A DNA stretch of 25,425 bases from a virus (IMGVR_UViG_3300005942_000013:1-25425); one strand, 5' to 3'; counted from the first letter of the stretch, positions 1 to 8,505 are shown. Numbers and translations: made by a program. The notes: a model not told the origin generated them from the letters alone.

Positions 1-921
1 ACTCGTACCCGCGAGAACATCCTGGTTACTACCGTTACCAATGCCACTACCGTTGAGGTTGTACGTGGTAAGGGCCGTGTAGCGGCTGCTGACCTGAATG
101 ATGATGAAGTGCTTATCCATATCGGTAACGCACACGAGCAAGGCTCTGGCCGTCCTACTGCCCGTCGCCTGTCTACCATTCACGTGCCTAACTACACGCA
201 GATCTTCCGTAACGCGTGGGCACTGACTGATACCGCTCGTGCGTCTATGGCCGAGAAAGGCTACAGCAACATCGCAGAAAGCCGTAGCGAGTGCGCTATG
301 TTCCACGCTGTGGACATGGAGTCGGCTATGATCTGGGGTCAAGCCTCTATGGATACCTCAGGCGGTACGCCTATGCACACTACCCAGGGTATTATCGACG
401 CCCTGTCGCAGTATGCGCCTACTCACGTACAGACTGCCGGTGCGACTACCAACTTCTCCCAGTTGGAAGACCTGCTTACTCCGTCGTTCCAGTACTCTAC
501 CGACCTTGGTAACAACAAGGAGCGCGTATTGTTCACTGGTGCACAGGGTAACAAGGTGCTGAACGATATCGGCCGTAAGCACGCTAACGCTGAGATGACT
601 CTACAGCAGAACCAGATGGGTATGCTCTTCACGTCTATCAAGACGTACAAAGGCGTTATCCATATCATTGAGCACCCTCTGTTCAATGGCGTCGGCTCTG
701 ACGTAGGCTCCTCTGCCTTGGTACTTGACCTTGCAGCTATCAAGCTGGCCTACATGCGCGGTCGTGATACTAAGAAGGAAGAGTACGGCGTAGGCGGCTC
801 TGAAGGCGGTGTGAACGGTATCGACGCGGTAGGTGGTTCTTTAACCTCTGAGTTCGCGGTAGAGTACATTAACCCTGCCTCTGGTGTGCTAATCAACGGC
901 CTGACCGCTGGCGTAGCATAA
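1..921 (+). CDS. Major capsid protein, SU10/DUF5309-like (HK97 fold), 5'-truncated by the window edge
   Basis: Frame 1 is open from base 1 (TRTRENILVTT...VRG...EVLIHIGNAHEQGS), so the GTG at 109 is internal. GNAxExGS..P, NYTQIF, G.IHIIEHPLF and the C-terminal SEFAVEYINP..G.LI.GL match my recollection of this capsid family. The gene heads a structural operon. Confidence 0.85.
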   Translation, partial: TRTRENILVTTVTNATTVEVVRGKGRVAAADLNDDEVLIHIGNAHEQGSGRPTARRLSTIHVPNYTQIFRNAWALTDTARASMAEKGYSNIAESRSECAMFHAVDMESAMIWGQASMDTSGGTPMHTTQGIIDALSQYAPTHVQTAGATTNFSQLEDLLTPSFQYSTDLGNNKERVLFTGAQGNKVLNDIGRKHANAEMTLQQNQMGMLFTSIKTYKGVIHIIEHPLFNGVGSDVGSSALVLDLAAIKLAYMRGRDTKKEEYGVGGSEGGVNGIDAVGGSLTSEFAVEYINPASGVLINGLTAGVA

Positions 922-928
922 CCCTTTT

Positions 929-996
929 GGCTGCCCCTTCTCTTAGTACGCTGTAGGCTAGTACGGAGTACATAACCGGGGAGGGGGCAGCCCCCT
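929..996 (+). promoter_or_regulatory. Structured intergenic element after the capsid gene (inverted repeat, possible attenuator, terminator or processing site)
   Basis: GGCTGCCCCTTCTC (929-942) pairs with GGGAGGGGGCAGCC (979-992), giving 14 bp with two G:U pairs. An alternative hairpin AGGGGG-CAG-CCCCCT (982-996) is also possible. There is no good U-tract. Confidence 0.5.
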
Positions 997-1022
997 ATTC
1001 TAGCAACTGATAGGTAATCAAC

Positions 1023-1304
1023 ATGAGCGATGCAAAACCAGGAATTCAAGCTGGTATGGGTAACACCGTATCAGAAGCTCCTAAGATGAACCTTGCTGCT
1101 ACGTTAGCAGAGAAGGTCGCTGAGGGTAACAAGCCTGCTAAGGCAGATGGTTACTACTCTATCCACTCCGGCAAGTGCTGCGGTAAGGTGTGGCCTATGA
1201 ACGATCCGTTCGTACCCACTACCCAAGAAGAGCTGGACGTATGCGAGAGCCTAGTAGCTCGCGGCTACGGTACACTGGTTGGCAAGAAGCCTACCATCAA
1301 GTAA
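1023..1304 (+). CDS. Hypothetical protein (93 aa)
   Basis: ORF preceded by AGGT. Codon usage matches the neighbouring genes. No recognised motif. Confidence 0.7.
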   Translation: MSDAKPGIQAGMGNTVSEAPKMNLAATLAEKVAEGNKPAKADGYYSIHSGKCCGKVWPMNDPFVPTTQEELDVCESLVARGYGTLVGKKPTIK

Positions 1305-1325
1305 CAACCTACAAGGGGATACAGC

Positions 1326-1904
1326 ATGAATTTCGGTGAAGCTATCGGTCAGGTTATGAGCGAGTTAAAACGGCCTGACAAGGCTACTACCGTGAAGCTG
1401 GCTCTCAATATGGCACTAAGCCAGCTTAGCATGGCTAACGCGTTCCCACGGGATATAGTGGAGACTACGTACGCAGTGCCTGTCAACGAGCAGTCAGACT
1501 ACATGCTGTCTATTCCCCTTACCACATTCCCTGGGTTCCGCCGCTTCAAGTACTTGCGTGGCAGTAACGACAACAAGTACCTTGAGAAGCGTAGCCCCGA
1601 TAAGGTGTTTACCCGAGAAGGCCACGAGCAGTTTGGCAGCTACTACGTAGCGGGGGCTAACATCCAGATCAAGCTCCGTATCCCCGCAACTACCCTGCTT
1701 GTGGGATACTATGGTAAGCCTGCTTATCTATCTGCTAATGCAGACACCAACTGGATGCTAGATGACTTCCCTACGGTAGTCCTTGCTCTAGCTATTTCCT
1801 TGGCTTTTCAATCCATCGGGCAGGAGAAGGATGCGACGGCTTGGCTGCGTATCTCCACTGTGAATGCCCGTGCACTAGGGTTGGATCTTGTAGAGGCAGC
1901 GTAA
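1326..1904 (+). CDS. Putative head-tail adaptor / tail tubular protein A (T7 gp11- or P22 gp4-like role)
   Basis: AAGGGG RBS and position just after the capsid gene. Helical N-terminus (MNFGE....V...LKRPD), beta-rich middle, and a C-terminal 'LS...DTNWML...P' plus helices, as is typical of podovirus adaptors. Confidence 0.65.
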   Translation: MNFGEAIGQVMSELKRPDKATTVKLALNMALSQLSMANAFPRDIVETTYAVPVNEQSDYMLSIPLTTFPGFRRFKYLRGSNDNKYLEKRSPDKVFTREGHEQFGSYYVAGANIQIKLRIPATTLLVGYYGKPAYLSANADTNWMLDDFPTVVLALAISLAFQSIGQEKDATAWLRISTVNARALGLDLVEAA

Positions 1905-1905
1905 C

Positions 1906-2223
1906 ATGGCGCACTCATTCCCCCTAGTAAACATACCCTTTGAAGTAGCTGACCCTATAGTAATCAACCCTACGCCGGTAACGGTGAACCCTACTCCGGT
2001 AACGGTAGCGGGCGGGACAGATCCTACAGCCCTTACCCTCCTGTCTCATAAGCGGCAGGTGGACTATCAGGTAGATGACCTTATATACTACGGGTTCGGG
2101 CCTACTGAAGCCCTAGATGAGGACGCGGTATGGCTTATCTACCGTATCAACCTAGTAGGTGGCTATATCTGGCAGCAGGCCAAAGGAGCATGGGCGCTTA
2201 GGGCATCACTGGAGTATACCTAA
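1906..2223 (+). CDS. Small virion-associated protein
   Basis: The C-terminal pattern Y.G......AVW.IYRI...W..RASL.Y resembles small phage structural proteins. It contains an NPTPVTV duplication and overlaps the next gene by TAATG. Confidence 0.6.
   Translation: MAHSFPLVNIPFEVADPIVINPTPVTVNPTPVTVAGGTDPTALTLLSHKRQVDYQVDDLIYYGFGPTEALDEDAVWLIYRINLVGGYIWQQAKGAWALRASLEYT
1966..2007 (+). repeat. 21-bp tandem duplication encoding NPTPVTV twice
   Basis: AACCCTACGCCGGTAACGGTG followed by AACCCTACTCCGGTAACGGTA. Confidence 0.9.
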
Positions 2224-2729
2224 TGGCTTTCTATTTTGATGCAAACGGGCCAGACTATGACGCTATAGCACAGGCTATCCTCAATACAGACCTAAGTACC
2301 TTCACCGGCCCTGAGAATAGTCTTGGGGCCTTTTTGCGTAACCAGGTTCTCACAGTCCCTAAGTTCCTTGGGCTACAGCACATGCCTGCGCTAGCTGACC
2401 TTCCGCTAAGCCCAGTCATTGAGGTCATTCACCCCTTCCGTATCATAGACGACGCCAATAACCCTGTCGTAGACGACGCTGCTAACCTAGTAGTCTGGGC
2501 GCTGTATGGGCCTGTCGTAGATGATCTAGAGAATCCCGTAGTGGATGATCTGGGTCGGGCTGTTATAGTCAATACCGGGGGCCTGCTAGGTAACCCTGTG
2601 TATGACACGGCAGGTAATCGGGTAGTAGACGACGCTGGTAACTTAGTCTGGGGCTATAACGGGTACTATGCGCTGGATAACTTAGGTAACATAGTAGTTA
2701 ACGATAACGGCGTCCCTGTGACCCTATAA
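2223..2729 (+). CDS. Repeat protein with four double DDxGNxV units, putative structural or adaptor protein
   Basis: Units are IIDDANNPVVDDAANLVV, VVDDLENPVVDDLGRAVI, VYDTAGNRVVDDAGNLVW and ALDNLGNIVVNDNGVPVT. Translationally coupled to the upstream gene. Confidence 0.65.
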   Translation: MAFYFDANGPDYDAIAQAILNTDLSTFTGPENSLGAFLRNQVLTVPKFLGLQHMPALADLPLSPVIEVIHPFRIIDDANNPVVDDAANLVVWALYGPVVDDLENPVVDDLGRAVIVNTGGLLGNPVYDTAGNRVVDDAGNLVWGYNGYYALDNLGNIVVNDNGVPVTL

Positions 2730-2738
2730 GGACTTCCC

Positions 2739-3272
2739 ATGGCTTATCACAGTACAGCACAGCTAGAGGAAGTCCATGCTCCCATATCCTATGAGTACGA
2801 TACTGCCGCTAGCCGGTTAGCAGCTACGGGCTTTATAGCCACTGACTGCAATAAGCTAGCTAGGCAGCTGGATGATAACAGCGTATGGCTTCTTAGTCAG
2901 CCTTCTCCTCCTATCTGGATCAACCTTGGGGGCGGTAGCCCTGGGGTAACAACTCAGCAGCCCACTACCGCAGGCATCTTGTCTGACGGGCTGCCTCATT
3001 CCATTGACCTAGTGAGCTACATACTGTTCCGTGCAGTTCGCTGGTCAGTAGTAATAAGCACCAACGACGGCCTCCAGCACTACTATGCAGATGTATCTGC
3101 TTTGTACGACGGAGTAACAGTACACTACAATGTGCACTCTAGACTGGGGGCTGACCTAGCCATCACACTCTCAGCTGTGCCCATTAGTGGTAATATAGCC
3201 TTGCAGGTTGCCTCTACTGAAGTGCAGACTGTAAAAGCTAGCGTAGTAAGAACACCCATTCTCATAACGTAG
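2739..3272 (+). CDS. Two-domain fibre/appendage adaptor protein
   Basis: AAGGA RBS. The N-terminal 65 aa or so are paralogous to the N-terminus of 6889..8079. The C-terminal beta domain is paralogous to the C-terminus of 3285..4628. Confidence 0.65.
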   Translation: MAYHSTAQLEEVHAPISYEYDTAASRLAATGFIATDCNKLARQLDDNSVWLLSQPSPPIWINLGGGSPGVTTQQPTTAGILSDGLPHSIDLVSYILFRAVRWSVVISTNDGLQHYYADVSALYDGVTVHYNVHSRLGADLAITLSAVPISGNIALQVASTEVQTVKASVVRTPILIT

Positions 3273-3284
3273 AGGTATACCAAG

Positions 3285-4628
3285 ATGGCTCAATCCTTCT
3301 TTAGAGTAGGCAAAGGCGTCCAGCTAGACAACGTAGCGTGGATCTCAGGAGCTGGCGTACCAGGCGGCGGTGACGCTGACCTAGTAGCCGTAGGCTCCAT
3401 TTACACCAACGAAACCAACGGTAGCTTGTATCAGAAGGTTACTGCTGGTACTGGTACTGACAAGTGGGAGCGTAAGCTAACCCAGACCGACCTTGATAGT
3501 GTATCCTCCGGTACTAGCTGGCGTGAGCCTGCGGATCTCCATGACGAGACTACCACCACGCTGGCTGCCGTTATCACAGACGCTAACACAGACGATCTGC
3601 TAGATGGCGTGACTGTCGTAGCAGGCTTGCGTGTCTTGCTAACCGGCCTTACCGGTGATAACAAGAACGTATATATCGTCGGTGGCTCTACCGGTGCTTG
3701 GACTCTGACTGAGGACACTAACCTAGCTACAGTGGGTGACACCCTGTATGTAGGCGGTGGTACCCATGCAGGCCACAGACACACTTATAACGGCACCGAT
3801 TGGGTACAGACTGACCAGGCCTCTAATGACGAGCTTAGCTTTATCCGCTCCTTTATTGGTAAGACCTCTGGTGGCGCTGAGACGCCTACCTACACTGGCA
3901 CCAACTACATCACCAACGGGGACACGCTGGAAGCTGCGGCTGGTAAGTTAGACACCCAGTTGAAGACTACCACTGATGCTACAGGCACTAACGCTACTAA
4001 CATCAGCAACCTACAGTCCGCGGTATCTACTAACACTGGTAACATCTCCACTATCCAGGGTGAGCAGACTACCCAGAACACCAACATCAGCAACAACGCC
4101 TCGGCAATCACTACCATCCAAGGCGAGCAAACCACGCAGAATACCAACATCACCAACGCGCAGAACGACGCTACTACAGCGCTGAACCGCGTAGGCGACA
4201 CCACCGACTATACCTCCAACATCATCGTAACAGACGGTGATTCGGCGGCTACCGCGATTGGTAAGTTGGACGCTGAGCTGTCTAGCCGAATCCGTAAGCT
4301 GACGGCTGCTGCCGTTACCACTGCGGCTACTGTGGATAGCGTGCTGGTCGATAACGTGGACGCTGTAGAATGGCTTGTTACCTGTACTCAGGCATCGGCT
4401 CCTGCTAACAAGTTCACTGTAAAGATCATCGCACTGCACGATGGCTCGACTGGGGCTGACGCGACTGAGGTAGACTGGAACGAGTTTGCCCGTCTAACCA
4501 CAGGCTCTACTATCTCGGGGCTGGACTTCAACGTAACCCTTACCGGTACAGCAGGCGCTCAGGCTATGAACCTGCGTGTAAACTCTACCGCTTCGGTCAA
4601 CGTGAAGATCATCCGTATTGCAAGCTAA
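3285..4628 (+). CDS. Tail fibre-like protein (447 aa)
   Basis: GAGG RBS. It has an N-terminal G.G.P...GS.Y...G..Y.K module, a 'DGV.V.AG.RVLL...N.VYIV...GAWT' fibre domain, two 'Y.....TxGD....A.GKLD' knuckles around an N/T/Q-rich coiled coil, and a C-terminal beta domain. Confidence 0.75.
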   Translation: MAQSFFRVGKGVQLDNVAWISGAGVPGGGDADLVAVGSIYTNETNGSLYQKVTAGTGTDKWERKLTQTDLDSVSSGTSWREPADLHDETTTTLAAVITDANTDDLLDGVTVVAGLRVLLTGLTGDNKNVYIVGGSTGAWTLTEDTNLATVGDTLYVGGGTHAGHRHTYNGTDWVQTDQASNDELSFIRSFIGKTSGGAETPTYTGTNYITNGDTLEAAAGKLDTQLKTTTDATGTNATNISNLQSAVSTNTGNISTIQGEQTTQNTNISNNASAITTIQGEQTTQNTNITNAQNDATTALNRVGDTTDYTSNIIVTDGDSAATAIGKLDAELSSRIRKLTAAAVTTAATVDSVLVDNVDAVEWLVTCTQASAPANKFTVKIIALHDGSTGADATEVDWNEFARLTTGSTISGLDFNVTLTGTAGAQAMNLRVNSTASVNVKIIRIAS

Positions 4629-4639
4629 GGAGTAACTAG

Positions 4640-5746
4640 ATGGCTATTACCTTCGACCGTGCCCTCTCCCTACAGGGCGTATCTTTTGATGACCTTGTAG
4701 GGCTTTTCGGAGGGGCGGGGCTACCGTCTGCTGAGGACGATGGCACCTGGCCTTTAGGCTCTCTGTACATACAGGCTGGCGGCTCTGTCTTTAAGAAGAC
4801 TGCTAACCCTGCTACGTATGTAGAGCTAGGGGCTGGGGGCGGAGGTGTAGCCCCTACTACTGCCACGATCACTCAGGCAGGCCACGGCCTGTCATTGCTC
4901 AACGTAATTCGTAGTGACGCAGGAGTCTGGAGCAAGGCTCTAGCTAACCTAGACTCGACCTTAGGGTTGGGGGTGGTTACAGGCGTTACGGACGTTAACA
5001 CATTTGAGGTGTCCATGTCTGGGCGCTTCCTGCTGGCGGCCCACGGGCTTACAGTAGACGAGTACTACTTCTTGAGCGACACTACCGCAGGGGCTATGAC
5101 CGCTACGGAGCCTACTATTAGCCAGCCAGTCCTATACGTAGAGAACGCTAACTACGTATGGCTACTGCCCTACAGGCCAGCCACTGCTTACGACCCTACT
5201 ATCCATGCGATAGTTTGGCGTGACTTATTTGCTCCTCTGTCCACGGCTAAGGCTACAGGAGGTACGGTACCTACGTGGTCTTCCCTAGGTACTAGCGGGA
5301 TATACGGGTACTTGTTCTCCGCTAGCCAGCTTAATGAGCTTCAGGTCAGCTTCCACATAGACCATGACTTCTACCCAGGTTCTACCATCTACCCACACGT
5401 GCACTGGGCACCTACTACGGCTGCCGCTGGTACGGTACGGTGGATCATGCAGATCGTCTTTGCTAAGGGGCATAGCCAGCAGGCATTCAATTTCAATAGC
5501 CCCATAGAGTTGGCCATAGAGCAGGCTACTACCTCTACCGCGTGGACGCACCATGTAGCGGAGGCTGAGCTTACTGCCCTAGCAGCTACGATGGAGCCAG
5601 ACAGTATTATGATTATCCGCTTCTACAGGGATGCAGCTCATGCCAATGACACGTACCCTGACGCAGTCTACGGACAGCAGGTGGATATACACTACCAGGC
5701 TGACCGTGTGGGTACTCCGGGCAAAGCCCCTAACTTCTACGTATAG
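4640..5746 (+). CDS. Multi-domain fibre or decoration-like virion protein (368 aa)
   Basis: AAGGAG RBS. The N-terminal module is shared with 3285..4628 and is followed by a GAGGGG linker. The middle domain 'WSKALA...GVV...G...GLT...YYFLS....G..T.TEP..SQP' resembles capsid-cement/DUF2190-type domains. The C-terminal beta domain contains HIDHD and YPHVHW. Confidence 0.65.
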   Translation: MAITFDRALSLQGVSFDDLVGLFGGAGLPSAEDDGTWPLGSLYIQAGGSVFKKTANPATYVELGAGGGGVAPTTATITQAGHGLSLLNVIRSDAGVWSKALANLDSTLGLGVVTGVTDVNTFEVSMSGRFLLAAHGLTVDEYYFLSDTTAGAMTATEPTISQPVLYVENANYVWLLPYRPATAYDPTIHAIVWRDLFAPLSTAKATGGTVPTWSSLGTSGIYGYLFSASQLNELQVSFHIDHDFYPGSTIYPHVHWAPTTAAAGTVRWIMQIVFAKGHSQQAFNFNSPIELAIEQATTSTAWTHHVAEAELTALAATMEPDSIMIIRFYRDAAHANDTYPDAVYGQQVDIHYQADRVGTPGKAPNFYV

Positions 5747-5754
5747 GATTCATT

Positions 5755-6351
5755 ATGGCAAACTCAGTTGTTATAGGGCTACCAGGTGCCCTGCCCGAGG
5801 TTGTCTCCTACGAGACCCTTGATGCGAAGGGGGACGTTGGTTATCTAGAAGGGCAGCTTGCCAAGGGCGACCACGTACACCCACGGAACGAGCTTGGGTT
5901 TGCCCATGCTAAGATACCGGCCCAGTCCGGCTCCACTAGCCTACCCAACAACAACAACAAGCCTACTACGGCTAACGGTACACAGATCTTTAGCAAGACG
6001 CTGACCCTAGAGTCTGCCGATAACGTAATCCACATTACGGGGATTATGCAGGGTGAGGTGGACGGTAATGGCGGAGATTACGGAGGGCTGGGCGTCGCTG
6101 TATTCCGAGGCTCGACCTGTATCGGAGGCGGCGCTGCTTTCTACAATACCAAGGACCCCGGTGAGGGTTTTGGCCCACTGGGCTTTAACATCGTAGATGC
6201 CCCAGGTACGGTAGGTCCACATACCTATACAGTAAGGGTAGGTACGGTGAATGGCACTACTTGGTATGTAGGGCGTACTAGAAGCGTTCGCTGGAACGGG
6301 GCTATGTCTGACGGCTCTAACGTTACCTTAATGGAGATGTCATTGATATGA
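5755..6351 (+). CDS. Short tail fibre / receptor-binding-like protein
   Basis: AKGDHVHP is an HxH motif typical of trimeric fibres. It is followed by a beta-sandwich-like domain (D.PGTVGPHTYTVRV), and a chaperone-like gene comes next. Confidence 0.6.
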   Translation: MANSVVIGLPGALPEVVSYETLDAKGDVGYLEGQLAKGDHVHPRNELGFAHAKIPAQSGSTSLPNNNNKPTTANGTQIFSKTLTLESADNVIHITGIMQGEVDGNGGDYGGLGVAVFRGSTCIGGGAAFYNTKDPGEGFGPLGFNIVDAPGTVGPHTYTVRVGTVNGTTWYVGRTRSVRWNGAMSDGSNVTLMEMSLI

Positions 6352-6872
6352 TATACAAGCAGCCGGACGTTATCACCATCCTTACTAAATACTTCCCCGA
6401 TACTGAGTTTGTAGTTAGAGGGGAAGCAACCTACTATAACATTGAGTTCTTGACTGCTCCTGTCTCTATGGTAGCCATGGACATTAAGATGCTCCCTTGC
6501 GCTAAGCTACTGGCGGAGGCAGAGGTCAAGCAGCAGGCTACCTTTGCTAGACAGAGAGCTACGCAGCTGGTACTCCAGACTGTGGACGTAGAACAGATAC
6601 GTACCTATGAGGAGAAGTATGCTGAGGCAAGCACCTATTTAGCTAATACTCTCAGCCCTACTCCGCTGCTAGACGCGGAGCTGGTGTTCGTCTCTGAGAC
6701 TAAGCCCCAGCTAGCTAATGATGTAGTGGCCCAATACAACGCGGCGAAGAACATTCTACGTGGTATGTATGGTACAATTGAGGGGAAGCGCAGGTCGCAG
6801 ATTGCAGCAGTCTACGCTTGCACTAACCTAGCACAGATTAACAGCCTACCCGAGATAGCTTGGGGCGTATAA
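6348..6872 (+). CDS. Putative tail fibre assembly chaperone
   Basis: ATGA overlap with the upstream fibre gene. 'TYEEKYAEA..Y.....TPLL.AE......LA..V.......G.IEG.RR' and a terminal W are typical of helical fibre-assembly proteins. Confidence 0.65.
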   Translation: MIYKQPDVITILTKYFPDTEFVVRGEATYYNIEFLTAPVSMVAMDIKMLPCAKLLAEAEVKQQATFARQRATQLVLQTVDVEQIRTYEEKYAEASTYLANTLSPTPLLDAELVFVSETKPQLANDVVAQYNAAKNILRGMYGTIEGKRRSQIAAVYACTNLAQINSLPEIAWGV

Positions 6873-6888
6873 CCTAGAGGAATAGACC

Positions 6889-8079
6889 ATGGTAGATACA
6901 GTACACAGCCAGATGACCCGAGCTAATGGGGGTATCCATACTCCCTTCTCTTGGATCGTGGCAAACGAAGCAGCTCGCCTAGCCTTGGTGGTTACGGTAG
7001 GCACCGACATTAACAAGCTATGTTTACAGCAGGATGATGGTACTATCTATCAAGCTCAGTCCGTAAACCCAGTGGTATGGCAGCAGGTAGGTGGAGGTGC
7101 AGTAGACCTCTCAGCCTATCAGACCACAACACAAGCGGATGCTAAGTATTCTATCCATGACTCTTTCATGGGTAACCGCTTCATCACTAAGGCCAAAGAG
7201 CAAGTAAGGGCTACTACTAACCGAGGTAAGTACGCTGCAGCCACCTCGTATGTGGCAGGGGACGTAGTCTGGACTGATGATATGGGTGTTGGTAGCCCAC
7301 AAGTAGATATCTGGATGTTCCTAGAGGCCGTTACCTCTCCCGCTACCCTCCCAGCCGTAGCGTCTGGTGATGGAGCCTTTCTTATGGGGGCATACATTGC
7401 CCGCTACCAAGCTACTATGCTTAAGGGCTTTTTCAATGGGCAAGCCAGCACAGGCTATACTACCCCAGGGCATCCAGACAACGCCGTTACCGACGTGACT
7501 ATGGATATACTACCAGGGCTAGGTTCAGTATTCCTATATGATATAAAGTTCAATGACGCGGGCACTCCCTCAGCTAGCCTCGCCGCCTACGGCCCTGGGT
7601 ACATGTGCGTTAATAGCCCTGGTACCTACTTCCACCCGAGCAACGTAGACCCAGGCCGCTATGTTGTTGTGAACGAGGGCTATAACAACTTCGGCCAGCC
7701 TACGCTGGCTAGAGAGCATGGGTATTTAAGTGCCATCGGGGCTTCCGCAGCAGCAGCGCGTATACCCCTGACTGTGGGTATCGTAGCAGGCTATATGACT
7801 GATGATCCTTGGACTGGAGATGAGGTGGCTATAGGTTCCGTTATCCTGAACGGGACTACTATTACGGAGCCTCTACTCGCGTTGATGTTTGAGGGGGACG
7901 TATTCCCTGCTGATGGATCTCCTATCTATTACCGTATGTCTTATGTAGGGGTAGCTCCGGAGGACGCTGAGGCCAATGCCCGTGTGCGCTGGCTTACGGC
8001 ACCTGACACAGCTACTGTAATGCGCATAGGTACGTACCTAGGCAACAACCAAATCCTGATCGACACTCAGGCTGTCTAA
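6889..8079 (+). CDS. Tail fibre/spike-like putative receptor-binding protein (396 aa)
   Basis: GAGGA RBS. The N-terminal module is shared with 2739..3272 and is followed by GGG-VDLSAY. RGKYAAATSYVAGDVV resembles the short CBM5/12-like motif seen in phage fibres. Confidence 0.65.
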   Translation: MVDTVHSQMTRANGGIHTPFSWIVANEAARLALVVTVGTDINKLCLQQDDGTIYQAQSVNPVVWQQVGGGAVDLSAYQTTTQADAKYSIHDSFMGNRFITKAKEQVRATTNRGKYAAATSYVAGDVVWTDDMGVGSPQVDIWMFLEAVTSPATLPAVASGDGAFLMGAYIARYQATMLKGFFNGQASTGYTTPGHPDNAVTDVTMDILPGLGSVFLYDIKFNDAGTPSASLAAYGPGYMCVNSPGTYFHPSNVDPGRYVVVNEGYNNFGQPTLAREHGYLSAIGASAAAARIPLTVGIVAGYMTDDPWTGDEVAIGSVILNGTTITEPLLALMFEGDVFPADGSPIYYRMSYVGVAPEDAEANARVRWLTAPDTATVMRIGTYLGNNQILIDTQAV

Positions 8080-8090
8080 GGAGATAGGTA

Positions 8091-8504
8091 ATGACTGAGA
8101 CTCTAGGTACGGACCCCGCAGATGAAGGGCGTAGAACCTATGATCCGGTAGTCGCTGATCTGCTTCTCCAGGTAGGCGCTGTAGCCGCCGAAGTACGGGG
8201 GTTGCAGCTCCAACTTGTAGCACTGGAGAGTGGGAACCGCGAGGGTAGGCAGGAGCTAGCGCGGCATATGGCTGAGGAGGAGCATAAGATAGAAGCGCTA
8301 GTCCAGAGGCTAGCTAACCTACCAAGCCCTAAGCAGTGGCAGGCGCTAGATGCCTTACTGGTGCAGCGTGAGGAGGAGATGCTGTTCTGGAAGGACGTGC
8401 GTAAGTCTGTAATCAAGCGGGCTATTATGTCTATCACTGGCCTCGTAGGGGCTGCTGTTATCTACTTCATCTATAGTGGGCATCCCCCACCGCCCGGAGG
8501 TTAG
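8091..8504 (+). CDS. Membrane-anchored coiled-coil protein, probably lysis-associated (holin/antiholin-like)
   Basis: AAGGAG RBS. Coiled coil followed by one C-terminal hydrophobic helix (AIMSITGLVGAAVIYFIY). Lies directly upstream of the endolysin. Confidence 0.55.
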   Translation: MTETLGTDPADEGRRTYDPVVADLLLQVGAVAAEVRGLQLQLVALESGNREGRQELARHMAEEEHKIEALVQRLANLPSPKQWQALDALLVQREEEMLFWKDVRKSVIKRAIMSITGLVGAAVIYFIYSGHPPPPGG

Positions 8505-8505
8505 C

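Noticed and set aside
900-975. Capsid read-through or T7-style frameshift extension
   Set aside because: Reading through the TAA gives only about 17 codons before another TAA, and there is no slippery sequence before the stop.
1966-2726. CRISPR-like or other non-coding repeat array
   Set aside because: The repeats are in-frame, degenerate and protein-coding, with no constant repeat and unique spacer pattern.
2739-8079. Diversity-generating retroelement or invertible cassette acting on the fibre genes
   Set aside because: I saw no reverse transcriptase or invertase, and no near-identical template/variable repeat pair differing at adenines. The shared modules are diverged paralogues.
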